Origin: Felis catus | Lineage: Eukaryota | Assembly (NCBI RefSeq): GCF_018350175.1 | Contig: NC_058382.1 | Location: forward strand, 60,266,001 to 60,330,000 | DNA: 64,000 nucleotides | Direction: 5' to 3' | Shown here: positions 1 through 10,700 of the stretch, piece after piece | How positions within the stretch are numbered: position 1 is the stretch's first letter | Layout: each line of letters starts with the position of its first letter | Notes under the pieces: generated by a model | What the model saw: the letters and a program-made list of their open reading frames with translations, nothing else | Told to the model about the DNA's origin: nothing | Databases searched by the model: none | Program-made: the position numbers and the translations under genes

Positions 1-1280
1 CCTTATAATGAAGGTTTGTCTGTTGTGATCAGCACAGGAGACGGTGAATTACCGAGATGTTTGGATTTATACCGGCCATACTTTTTGCGATTTGACTTAT
101 CTCTTTTATAAGCTCTTTTCTCTCGTGTCTTGCCTTTTGTGGATCAATAAACATTCTAGATATTTCACAGTTTCCCTGTATTAACTTTTACTGGTCCTTT
201 CGTGGTTACTCTAGAGGCACATTAATCTGTAACAATCTAAGACACTTAGCCACTCCCCATTCATGCTGGAAACGTGGAATAAGTTAACTCTCTTCAGACC
301 CAGCCGCTCCTTGTGTTTTGTGACCATGCTTTCTAATGCCCCACGTATTTTGGACCCCACGACTCATCCTCATCGCGGGTTCCTGCGGCCGGCGCTCAGG
401 AAGCGTTCGTTCGCATGTGTCCACGTATCCGCCCTTGCTGTTGCTCCCTTGTTCCTCCCTGAAATTCCACGTTGTCCTCTGGGGTCATTTTCTTTTTGTC
501 GGAAGAACCTTTAGGACTTCCTTTGGAACAGCTTTTCTGGCAGGAAAGCCGCTCGGTTTTTACTTGCCCGACGTGTCTCCATTACACCGTTATCGTGAGA
601 GGGTGACGTAAGCGGGCTAGCGCTGCTGCTTCGGCATTCTCAGAGACGGGACCTTATTGTCTCTGGACCCGCCCGCGTCTCTGCCGAGGGGTTGGTGGTC
701 AGTCTCGTTACCGTTCCTTTGAAGGCGAGGAGTCTTTTCTCGCCGCCTCTATGATTTGTCTTTGGTCTTAAGACGTCTTAATACGATGTGCTTTCAGCGT
801 GGCTGTCTTCATATTTGTCACGCTTCTGATGCTGCGGGTTTCAGGGGTTGGTTTCTTTTATTATCTTTTCAAGTATTACTTCTTTATCATTCTTGATCTC
901 TTCTCCCAAGACTCCGGTTACCGCACGTTTAACCTCTTAACCATGTCCCCTCTGTCTCCGACGTTGTTGTCGTGAATTGTTTCCTCCTGCTTCAACGTGG
1001 TTAGATTCTATCAGCCTGTTTTCCACTTTACCAATTCTGTCTTCGGCTCTGTCTAACCTGTGCTCGTCCTCTTCAGATAGCGTATTTTCCCCCCTCGGTT
1101 CTAGAATGCCCTCTGCTGAGTTTCTCCATCTTTCCCTCCCTTTTCTTAAATTTACTCAGCATGGTACTTTTTAAAGTCTGCCTTTTAAATCTGATATCTG
1201 GATCACTTCTGGGCCTGTTTCTAAGATCTGTGTTTTCTCTTGGCTTTTGGACATGTGGTCCTGTCTTCTGTCACAACAAG
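1..1280 (-). mobile_element. Old L1 (L1M-type) remnant, antisense, ORF1/inter-ORF region
   Basis: T-rich + strand with degenerate matches to antisense L1 ORF1-region phrases (around 510-620 and 990-1270). No intact ORF. Boundaries approximate. Confidence 0.55.
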
Positions 1281-1282
1281 TA

Positions 1283-1475
1283 ATTTTATTATTGTTATTT
1301 TAGAGAGAGTGTGAGTGGGTGGGGGAGAGGGGCAGAGGGAGAGAGAGAGAATCCCAAGCAGGCTCCACACTCAGCATAGAGGCTAACACGGGTCTCAATC
1401 CCATGAGCCTGGGATCATGACCTGAGTCGAAATCAAGAGTGGGACCCTCAACCTACTGAGCCCCCCAGGCACCCC
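1283..1475 (-). mobile_element. CAN-SINE (older feliform SINEC subfamily), antisense
   Basis: T-rich tail, (GA)n tract, 'aatcccaagcaggctccacactcagc', 'gggatcatgacctgag', ending 'ctgagccccccaggcacccc', the reverse complement of the tRNA-derived head. Confidence 0.9.
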
Positions 1476-2239
1476 CCCCACACACATACACACACTGGTG
1501 GGTCCTAGAGTCTAAACTTTGCTTCTCCAGGGCCCTCCGCACAACCCATTTCCACCTAACCCCAGAACTTACCGCATCACCTGTGGGGAAAACCGGCTAG
1601 TCCTTCCAACGCCCTACGTCGCCGCTAAAAGTTCCACTGATTCTCTGTCCCTAGTGGGGATACCCTCTGGGTGCGGCGCCACACGGCTCTCAGCCTCCCG
1701 CCAGCGCCACAAGCGACAGGTGCCCCCAGAACCCAAGCAGGTGCAGGTGGCTCTCCTCGCTGGTCCCCCTTCTCTAAGCCCATCCTCCCGACGCCCTCCA
1801 GCAGGCGGCCCCTTGCCCTGGAGAGCTCTCTGGTTGTTCTCAGCGGGAATCATGGCCTCGCGCTAGCTCTCATTCCCGCCTACAGCCTGTTACCGGGATT
1901 CTGAAGCGGGCGCCTCCACAGGCTCTCTGATGGGTGCGCCCTTCGGGAGGCGGGAAATGCCCGCAACGCGCGCCAGATCTCACGCCCGCCCGCTGTGCTG
2001 CAAAACCGTGAGTGCTGCTTCTAAGTGGAAGCACTAACGGGTCTCGGCTCCCCTCGGGTGCCCGGGGGATTCCGTAATGAGGGGTGAGTGTGCCGAGCCC
2101 CAGGCTCCCCCGCAGCCAGAGAACGATGCCAGCCCCCTCCTCGTCCCGCGGAAGGGTGCTGGAGGCAAGGGACGACCGGATGAGAGTTTGACCACCTGGC
2201 CCGTGATGGGCCTGGGTGACGGGGCGTTGTCATTCGACG

Positions 2240-2410
2240 CTCACGAGCCCCTGGAGCTCGTTGAGTCGTGCGATTCATCTCATTTAATGCTTGTAACGGC
2301 TGTGAGACAATGACCCTTGCCGTCCTATTTCGCAGACGGGGCAGCCGGCCGCGCTGCTTGCCGGGCGCCTGGTACTTTAAGTGGCAGGGCCCGAACCGGA
2401 GCCTGGGTGT
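2240..2410 (-). mobile_element. MIR fragment, GC-shifted
   Basis: 'atctcatttaatgcttgtaacggctgtgag...cctatttcgcagacgggg' matches the antisense MIR core. Confidence 0.55.
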
Positions 2411-3278
2411 ATTGGCTTCAGGGCCCGAGTTCGGACGCGTACGGCTCTCGGGTGGCCGTGGGCCGCGAGCACGGTCGGAGGACTCCCCGGGACCTGGCCT
2501 CCCAGACCAGCCCCACCTGCTTTCCGCCTCCAAGGCTTGGCTGAATCCGCTCGCTCCCTTGAGCCTGCAGATTTCCACACGCTTTGGCCAGACGCCGCGC
2601 TGCCCCCGCCCTCCCACCACCCAGCCCGTGCCAGGTACCAGTGCCTGGGAGGGAGATCAGCCAGAACACGGGGGCAGGCCTGGGGCCGGGACTCCGTTCC
2701 GTCCACGCCGCTTGCCGAGTGCCTGCTCGGCGCCGCAGGTGAGGCCGGGGGAATGCTCGGACACAGAGCCCAGAGCCGTCTCACGTGTCACTGTTAAAGC
2801 AGGACTTGGGGCGAGGCCGGACTGGGGTCGGCTTGGCCTCAGGACGCCGGGTCCTCCCGGCGTTGCTTCTCTTGTCCGGGAACCCACAAAACCAGCTCCC
2901 CACAGTTGTGAGGGCGCGCGGGCCATGACGTAGAGGAAGTGCTTTGTCACGTGTAAACTCCCCGTGGCGCTACTCCCCGTGGAGGCTGCTGGGCCTCCCT
3001 GTGGGCCAGCCCAGGCTCCCTGGTCACGGGGGCGTTTTTCCCAGAGGGGTTTCAGGACCAGGGAGCAAGGCTTTTCCAAGTAGCCAGAACGTGGCCATGT
3101 CCAAAGACAGGGGAAGCCCCCTGCACACCCCTGCCACACCGGGGCACGGGGTCCTCGCGCGGGGTCCTCGGCCCCAGGCGGGAGCCCCTGTCCCGCTGTG
3201 TGTCCAGCACGTGCCATCGGAGACCAGCGGGGGCCCAGGTATTCATGTCTCATGGTGACCACGTGCCAGGGTGAGAGT

Positions 3279-3561
3279 GGTGCAGACCTGCTCCCTCCGC
3301 GTAGAGGCTGGAGCCTGGAATCAAGGCGCCACCAGGCCGCCCTGGCGGCCGCATCCCAGCTCCGCCTGGTTTGTCCCGGGCCTCCGGTGTCCTTTCCTCT
3401 TTCTCTTTAAGGACGATGAATGTGGGGCCCATCTGAATCCAGGATGACCCCATCACAATAGCCTTTACTTAATCAACCGCGAAGACCCTTTTTCCAGATG
3501 AAGTCAAGCTTCCACGTTCTGGGCAGGAGACCGTCTTCTGGAGCCACCATTCAACCCAATA
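3279..3561 (-). mobile_element. MLT1 (ERVL-MaLR) LTR fragment
   Basis: 'taaggac...ggggcccatctgaatccaggatgaccccatc...ttaatcaaccgcgaagaccctttttccagatgaagtca...gccaccattcaacccaata' is a typical antisense MLT1C/D end. Confidence 0.7.
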
Positions 3562-3595
3562 TTTCTCGCTTTCACACTTTTTAAAAACTTTTCTC

Positions 3596-3819
3596 GGGGC
3601 GCCTGGGTGGCGCAGTCAGTTAAGCGTCCGACTTCAGCCAGGTCACGATCTCGCGGTCCGTGAGTTTGAGCCCCGCGTCGGGCTCTGGGCGGATGGCTCA
3701 GAGCCTGGAGCCTGTTTCCGATTCTGTGTCTCCCTCTCTCTCTGCCCCTCCCCCGTTCATGCTCTGTCTCTCTCTGTCCCAAAAATAAAAAAAAATAAAT
3801 AAATAAAAAAGTTGAAAAA
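3596..3819 (+). mobile_element. Young felid CAN-SINE (SINEC_Fc type), full length
   Basis: Head 'ggggcgcctgggtggcgcagtc', B-box-like 'gagtttgagccc', (CT)n tract, A tail. Perfect 13-bp TSD aaaaacttttctc at 3583-3595 and 3820-3832. Confidence 0.97.
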
Positions 3820-3835
3820 AAAAACTTTTCTCATG

Positions 3836-4047
3836 GGGGCGCCTGGGTGGCTCAGTCGGTTGGGCGTCCGACTTCGGCTCAGGTCGTGATCTCACGGTTT
3901 GTGGGTTCGAGCCCCACATTGGGCTCTGTGCTGACAGCTCAGAGCCTGGAGCCCGCTTTGGATTCTGTGCCTCCCTCTCTCTGACCCTCCCCCGTTCATG
4001 CTCTGTCTCTGTCTGTCTCAAAAATAAATAAACATTAAAAAAAAAAA
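3836..4047 (+). mobile_element. Felid CAN-SINE (SINEC_Fc type), full length
   Basis: 'ggggcgcctgggtggctcagtcggttgggcgtccgacttcggctcagg', B-box 'gggttcgagccc', tail 'aaaaataaataaacattaaaa'. Imperfect TSD aaacttttctcatg / aaacttttttcatg. Confidence 0.97.
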
Positions 4048-4065
4048 CACAAACTTTTTTCATGG

Positions 4066-4263
4066 TTATTTATTTTTGAGACAGAGAGAGACAGAGCATG
4101 AGCAGGGGAGGGTCAGAGAGAGAGGGAGACACAGAATCCGAAGCGGGATCCAGACTCCGAGCCGTCAGCACAGAGCCCGACGCGGGGCTCGAACTCACGG
4201 ACCGCGACATCACGCCCTGAGCCGAAGTCGGTCGCGCACCCGACGGAGCCAGCCAGGCGCCCC
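4066..4263 (-). mobile_element. Felid CAN-SINE, antisense, GC-shifted
   Basis: 'ttatttatttttgagacagagagagacagagcatgagcagggg...gacacagaatccgaagc...ggggctcgaactcacg...ccaggcgcccc'. Confidence 0.95.
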
Positions 4264-4629
4264 TCCTCCACCCTTTCTTGACTGAGGTTCGCAGCGAGGA
4301 ATACATCTCTTTGCCTCGACCGTAAACGACACGCGCTCACAAGCACAGATGGAATGTTTTGTGCAGCTCCGCTCCGGTTTTCTGGGACAAACGGCAGTAT
4401 CTGCTGTTGTGCTTCTTCTCCCCGCATCTGTCCGGTTGCAGACTCGCTCAGTTGACCCCCCCGACCTCCTCGCGGCCTGCAGCCTGGATCGAAGGCTCCT
4501 CTCGGGACGGGCGGACCCTCTGTGTCGCCGCCGGCCTGCCGGTTCCACACCGAGGTGGTGGGGCTCGCTGGGGAGGGGGGTCCGAGCGGTTGCCTGAAAC
4601 CTCACTGTCGCGGGTGGGAACTTTCCGCC

Positions 4630-5075
4630 TGAAGGCGCTCAGGGCAGCGGTGCTCATAGTGGGGACGGACGGGGCCACCCAAGTGTCCGGTCACAGGGGA
4701 GGCCTTGCCGAGTATCACACGGCCCCTACGAGCCTGGTTAGAAACGCGTCGGGAACGTGGAGAACAGCTCCTCACGTAACGTGGGCGAAGAGCTCCAAAG
4801 GAGGATGCGAACGCGGTCAGTGCTGTGGCCGCGGGGCCCAGAGCGGCGCCCGTGCGGGCGGACGTGTGTGTGTTTGCCAAATGAGTCTGTGAGCGACGTA
4901 GGGGAGCGGCCGGAATCCCTTCCGGCCCCCTCCAGGCCGGTCTCCAAGCGGGGCCAGTCCGTCTCCCGTCGGCCGTGCCCCCCGAAGTGCGGCCTACGCC
5001 GGGGCAGGGGGCGTTTGTGGAGTGACGGGTGGGTGACGGTTGGGGTGTTTTTAGCATTTCCCCTTTTTGCCAGAT
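4630..5075 (+). mobile_element. Very old L1 (L1ME-like) 3' UTR remnant, GC-shifted
   Basis: 'gaaggcgctcagggcagcggtgctcatagt...cacccaagtgtccggtcacagggga' parallels L1 'aagatgttcattgcagcattatttataat...caacctaaatgtccaacaatagggga'. Confidence 0.4.
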
Positions 5076-6832
5076 AACTGGTAATGCAGGTTTCGTCGGG
5101 GCTGAGTCCTTCTGGAGACCGGGCCTGTAGGCAGGCCCCGAGGAGGGGCTGGGGGGAGCAGGTCCGTCAGCACGCCGGCCACATGGCGGAATGATGCCCC
5201 GCGGCCCAGGCCTGCTCATCCCTCCCCTGCAAGGCGGGCCGTCTTCCCCTGACCCTGGGCCGGCGGCATCCGGGCCCAGGGCTAGCAGGCGACACGCGCT
5301 GAGCCCGGACCCGGGGCGGCAAACCCCCGGGGGAGTCGTTTCTTCCTGCTCTGACGTCGCGGCCCACGGCGCCTCACCTGACGGGCCCCAGCTGGGGAGG
5401 TGGCCGCTTGATGCCCCTGGCTGTGCCCCCCCTCCCCTACGCCCGAGGCCCGGGACACCCCCGGGCCGCCCGGGCCCCGGCAGGCGTGTCAGCTGGTCAG
5501 GTACGGCCCTCACATCCTTCCCGGCTGCCCGCGGGAGTGCTTCCCCAGGCCTCACACGGGAGGCTCAGCCCCGAGGGGCGTCCTCACTCATTCACTCAGC
5601 CGTGACTGCAGGCCGACCTCGAGGTCCACACCGCAAGTGCTGGGCTCAGAGCCTCGGGAGCAGCGGTCGCCGCAGACCCGAAAACGGGCCGCACTTCCCA
5701 CGTGCCGCGGAGCAGAGGAGGGCGCGACATTCCCACCAGGAGTGGACCGGAAGCGGGGGGGGGGGGGGGACGGCAGGGGAGTCCTGAGCGTGAAGGTCCT
5801 GGTGCCGCCGGCCCCCTCGAGACACAGCCTGCGTGGAAAAACCCATCAGCCTGTGGACGGTGCGAAAACCGCGCCTGGTTACGGCACCCGCGTGGGGTCT
5901 GCAGCCGTGCCCGCGGCGGGAACAGAGGGCACGGCAGAAAAACGTGCCGAGTTCTGGGGCAAACCGGGTGGCGGGAGGAGGACGGAGAAGAGCGTGTGTG
6001 TGCGTGTGTGACTGTACGTGTGGGTGTGTGTGCCTTGGGCCCTTGGCTCCTTTTCCGGGAAGCCTTGCGCGTGTCTCCTGCTGTGGTCTGGTCGCTTGTG
6101 GGAGCTGAGCTGGAACAGGCGCGTGCTCGCTCTGGAGCAGGAGGCCACCTCGGCCTTGGTGGCAGGACTGACCCCCCCCCCTCCCGGCCTCTGCCGCACC
6201 ATCAGGGCCGTCCCCATCTGTCTCTTCGCGGGGCCTCAGGTGCCCCGACTCTGCGGGCTCTGAGCCCGCCTGGCCCCGCCTGTGCCCGTGCTCCCCGCAG
6301 CGTCCTCAGGCCCCTTGCCCCACAGACCGGTCTTCAAGTTTCCTTAAATATTCCAGAACTCCTGTGGGACGGCACCCTGGTAGGACTGTGCTCCTGACTT
6401 CCGCAGCTGGCCGACTTCTCATTGAGTGCCTGCTGTCACTCGATGCAGATTTACCCAAGCCTTAAACTGGAGACACATTCTTTGTCCTTATCCTGAAATC
6501 TTGTACGGAGCCCTTCAAGGGAGGGTTTAGATAAAGGGGCTCTTTTCAATGGAAAGGAGGAGATGGGGTCAGGGGCCCACGGAGATTCCCCAGGGGAGGG
6601 CGAGTGACTGCCGTCTGGGGAGCAGCCGCGGTGCCGCTGTCCCCGAAGTGCGCCGGGCTCCCGGCACAGAGCAGGCTCCCTCCCCGGTCCCCGTCCCTGC
6701 TGCGCTCCTGTCCCTCCATCCGTCTCCCTGGGGCTCGGGCCGGGAAGCCACAGCCAGAGGCTTGCCCCAGGTGTGTGTGGAGAGGGATCTGAACACCTTC
6801 CACGTCTTCGGGGGCCTGGCTCTCTGCACAGT

Positions 6833-7050
6833 TGCCGTGGGCTGAACTCTGTCCCCTGATGAGATGCATCCTGGTCCTACCAACCCCCGGCCTCATTTGG
6901 AAATAGGGTCTTCGCAGGTGGAGGAAGATGGGGTCATTCCGGTGGGTCCCTTTAAGAGGAGGAGAGACCCGCGGGGAGAGGCCGCGGAAGCTGGGGCCCC
7001 AGGAGCGGTTCTTCCCCCGGAACCCAGGCGGCAGCCAGACCTGCCGGTGC
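6833..7050 (+). mobile_element. MLT1 LTR fragment
   Basis: 'tgccgtgggctgaactctgtcccc...cctcatttggaaatagggtcttcgcaggtg...aagatggggtcat...ggtgggtccctttaagaggagga' matches the MLT1B/C 5' part. Confidence 0.75.
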
Positions 7051-7532
7051 CCCCCACGGGGAGTAGATCTCCCCCAGGGTGGGGGGCACCAGTGTGGGGC
7101 CCGTCGCGGGTCCTTGGGAGGAGGGCTGGCGCTGAGACGGCCCGTGTGCCCTCCGCAGCTCGGGGCCCACAGCCCGTCCGCGCGCTCGTTTGCCTCTCCC
7201 CCTTGGCCCTTCGGTCATTTCACAGCCTTGTTTCCACCCCCACTCGTTTCACCGGCGAGTCCGGAAGCGTGGATTCCAAAGGAAAATCATCACAGCGCAG
7301 GGTCGCGAGTGGAGATCTCGCCAGGGGCCGGGGCCGCGTGCCCGAGCGTGGGAGGGGAGCCGTGGCGCTGAGCTGGGCCCCGCTCTGGGCTGTCTCCACC
7401 CCTCCTCACCTGGCCCAGGTGGTCCACACGGGGCCCTGCGGTCCTCGCGCTCCTGCCCCGACTCCATATCAGCGTCTCTGAGGGGCCCTCACCCCTCCCT
7501 CCCTCGATGCCCACACGGACTGAAAGCACGTC

Positions 7533-7790
7533 GTGTCCTGCCGCCGACGTAACAAAGGACCACTGGCGGGGGACTTGCGACCTCATCCATGTCGTCTCTC
7601 CAAATTCTGGGGGCAGAATCCAAACTCGAGGTTCCTGCAGGGTCTACGGCCGGTGACCGCGTCGCCCGGTGGCCCGGTGCGGGGCACACGTGCGAGCCAC
7701 CTGGGACCCGGGCCGTGTGTCTTTGGGCCTCGTCTTCCCCGTCTGGACATGGGGGTCTCGGCGCCTGCATCCCAGCCGGTCCCCTGGGAC
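7533..7790 (-). mobile_element. MLT1 LTR fragment, degenerate
   Basis: 'cgtaacaaaggaccac...ttctgggggcagaatccaaactcgagg...gcaggg' parallels the antisense MLT1 3' end. Confidence 0.5.
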
Positions 7791-10700
7791 GGGGGCTCAG
7801 CGCCCCCTGGATTCTTGCTCTGCTGTGAGATGGTTCAGTTGGTAGTGCATGCTGGAGGCTGACCCTGAACTTTCTGAGCCGGTAACTTGTTTTTTTGTAA
7901 CACGTTCTCCCTCTAAAGTATTTGGAAAACACAGAAAAGTAGATAAAGGGCAAACAGACACGTGAGGGAGGCCGTTTTTCATGCTTCCAGCATTCTTCCC
8001 CCACGAAGTGTCTCCGCGGTCGGGATTGACCCGGAAAGCGGTTTTTGCACGGCCCCCGGGGAGGCCCGCCGGGTCAGACACCGCAACGGCCTTCGTTTTC
8101 GGTGAAGACACAATCTGAGGAGTTCGTCCCTCCGAGGCTTCAGACATAAAGGGATTTCCTTGCATCTCACCAGACGAATCGACCCGAGGAAAATTAAAAA
8201 GTCAGAACCGGGCTAAAGCGATAAAATCAACGTCGACGTTTTCACCATCGTTCCAGTATTTTTCCGCGAGAAGAGATCGCCGCAGACTCGGCCGAAGGCC
8301 CGGACGTGTTTGCGCAGCGTCCCCGCCGGGCCCGGCAGACGCGGGGAGGAAGTGGGGGAGCTGCAGGCCTCTGAAGGACACAGAGGAAGCAGGAGGAGGC
8401 TCAGGCAACGCGTGTCCCGTTTGCGAGATGACCCCCGAGGCGTGGCGGCCGGCGTCCAGCGGCACTGGCCTCGCGCAGCTTGAGTGCCTCGTTCCGGAGG
8501 TGTCTATGACGAGGAGGGACCGGTGCGCACAGGTGCCTGGATGCCCAGCAGGTGGTTTCTGCACCACACGCAGTTTGAAAACTTACAAAACCCGCCAGCC
8601 AGGCATAAAACAGGAGCCCTTGCCTGAGCCTGTGACTGGCCCACATCCTCCCCAGCGGTGGGGACTGTCCCTAATGGGATACAGGACATGGGAAGCCAGC
8701 AAGGGCCCGTGAGCTCATCCACGTGGTGAAGGGTGAGCTTCTGTGGTTCAACCCCATTCTCTTGCTGCCCCCCCCACCCCAGAACCACGAGAACCCACGG
8801 TGGGTTTGAGCCTCCGCTTGGAGGTCTGGTCCATTTGTGAGTGGGTCTCCCACCTGTGGTTTCCACAGGACCTTGTGCTATTTAAGTGCTTTTCTGAAAC
8901 ATGAAAGTGAAATGCGAAATGATCGTTTTCCTGTTGGAGCGAGCTCACTGGTGTTGGTAGGTGCACTCTGAACCCGCGTGGTCGGTGACAGTCTTGCCCA
9001 GCAGCTCCGTGGACTCCTGAGTTCACCGCTCGGCACTCAGATCAGCTTCCCCCACAGTGAGCCGAGGGGGGGGGGGGTCTCAGAACCGGCAGCTGAAACA
9101 TGCAAACGGGCTGGGGTTCAACATCCACAGAAGCCAGCAGGCAGCGTGAGGCTGGGGCAGGGAGGCCCCTGCTCCGAGGGCACAAGGAGCCAGGCCAAGG
9201 AAGGTCACGGCTCAGACTGTGGCCCAGGGCACTGGAGGGACTGGCCGGGTCGGCCTGTGGGGACCGGCGTGCTTGTGTGGGGTGGAGGGGCCTCTGCCCC
9301 TGGAGTCGCCTGCCTAGGGGAGACCGGCGTGTTGTTGGCGGGTGTGTTTCGGACCCTCTCGGTCAGCAGTGTTCCTGCTGTGTGTTTGGAAGCGCTGACA
9401 GTCCCCACCTGGCTGTCAGCAAAGCCTCGTTCCTGTCACATGACGGCGGGACGGTCTGGACCGAGTGCGTCCTATCAGCCGGGTATAAACAGGCATCCGG
9501 TCAGCAGCGCTCATGCCTTTCCCCCTGGACTCCCGGAGCCGCCCTCCCCACCCCCGGCACTCCCACGTGTCCGCGGACGGAGGCTGCCCGTGCCCAGGGC
9601 TGTGCGGAAGGACAGAAACCTCAGCCGGGCTCTCAGGCCCCCAGGGGCAGGGCCCCGATGCAGCACGCACCTGTGTGACGGTCTGAGGCACCATCCCGGC
9701 CCCGGCCCTGTCCTCCAGCCTGTGGCCTTAGGGGTGAGTCCCCATGTCCTTCCTTTGTAGTCACTCGTGTCTTTGGGTTTGTCTTCTGCCGGGATCGGCC
9801 CCAGAACAGGCTTGCGTCCCCGGTTCCGCCCGTGAGCCGCCCCGACCGCACACGCCGGAGCCCGGCCTGGACTCAGAGTCTGCCTTGCCCGGTCCTTTCA
9901 GGGGGTGGAATCTGTGCGTCCCCGACCAGACCGGGAAGCTGGGTTTGAAGCCACCTGTGGGGCCCCATCCCCCGCTCTCCTTCAGCTGTCCCCGGGGGGG
10001 TCTCACTAGAGGGAGACAGGACCTCCACAGGATCCCCGGCCCTGTCGCTGACCTCTGTCGCTGACCTCTGCTGCCCAAGTTATGGTCCGGAGGTGGGAGC
10101 TTCAGATGACCTTGGGATCTGAGGGGAGACACCAAGCACTGTTCTCCGTCGGGGGAACAAACCCCCGCCCCTCTCATGTTTTCCCTTAATTAATAGACTT
10201 TCTTTTCTAGAGTGGTTGTAGGTTCAGCCACTGCTGAAGCCTCTCCCGGCTCAGTGCCTCCCTCCTGATCTCTTGGGGTTGGGGACCGAGGTTTGCAAAT
10301 CCCTACTTCATTTAAACCCCGAGGCCGCAAAGAGACCGTGGTACTTTCCTGTCTTCACTGGAGATGGCTGGACCCCCATCGTCTCTAGCACTGGAGGCCA
10401 GAGCTGGGACACGAGCGTGACCGGCTGCCCCAGCCTGTCCCAGTCGGCGGGGGCGGGGGAGGAGTGGACTCACCTGTCCCCAGCCACGGCCACTCCTGAC
10501 GTGTGGAAGTGACGCACCGGAGGGACACCGGGGCAGAGGTCCTTGTGTGACGATGGGTGGGAGTGAGAGGGCGGGGGAGGGGAGTCGTGGCGGGCGGGGC
10601 CACGTCAGGGGTGGGGCCGCCGGGCTTTCCTGTGCGGCCGCTGTGGTGAACGCGCTGACCACTCGGCCTCAACGTCCCCCCTGTGCCTGGCCTGTGCCGG

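Noticed and set aside
3596..4263. tRNA genes
   Set aside because: The A/B-box-like sequences are the tRNA-derived heads of CAN-SINEs, followed by SINE body, (CT)n and A tails.
5050..5090. 7-nt microexon (cag|ATAACTG|gtaatg)
   Set aside because: The pyrimidine tract appears to be the end of an old L1 remnant, the exon would shift frame, and no host gene is evident.
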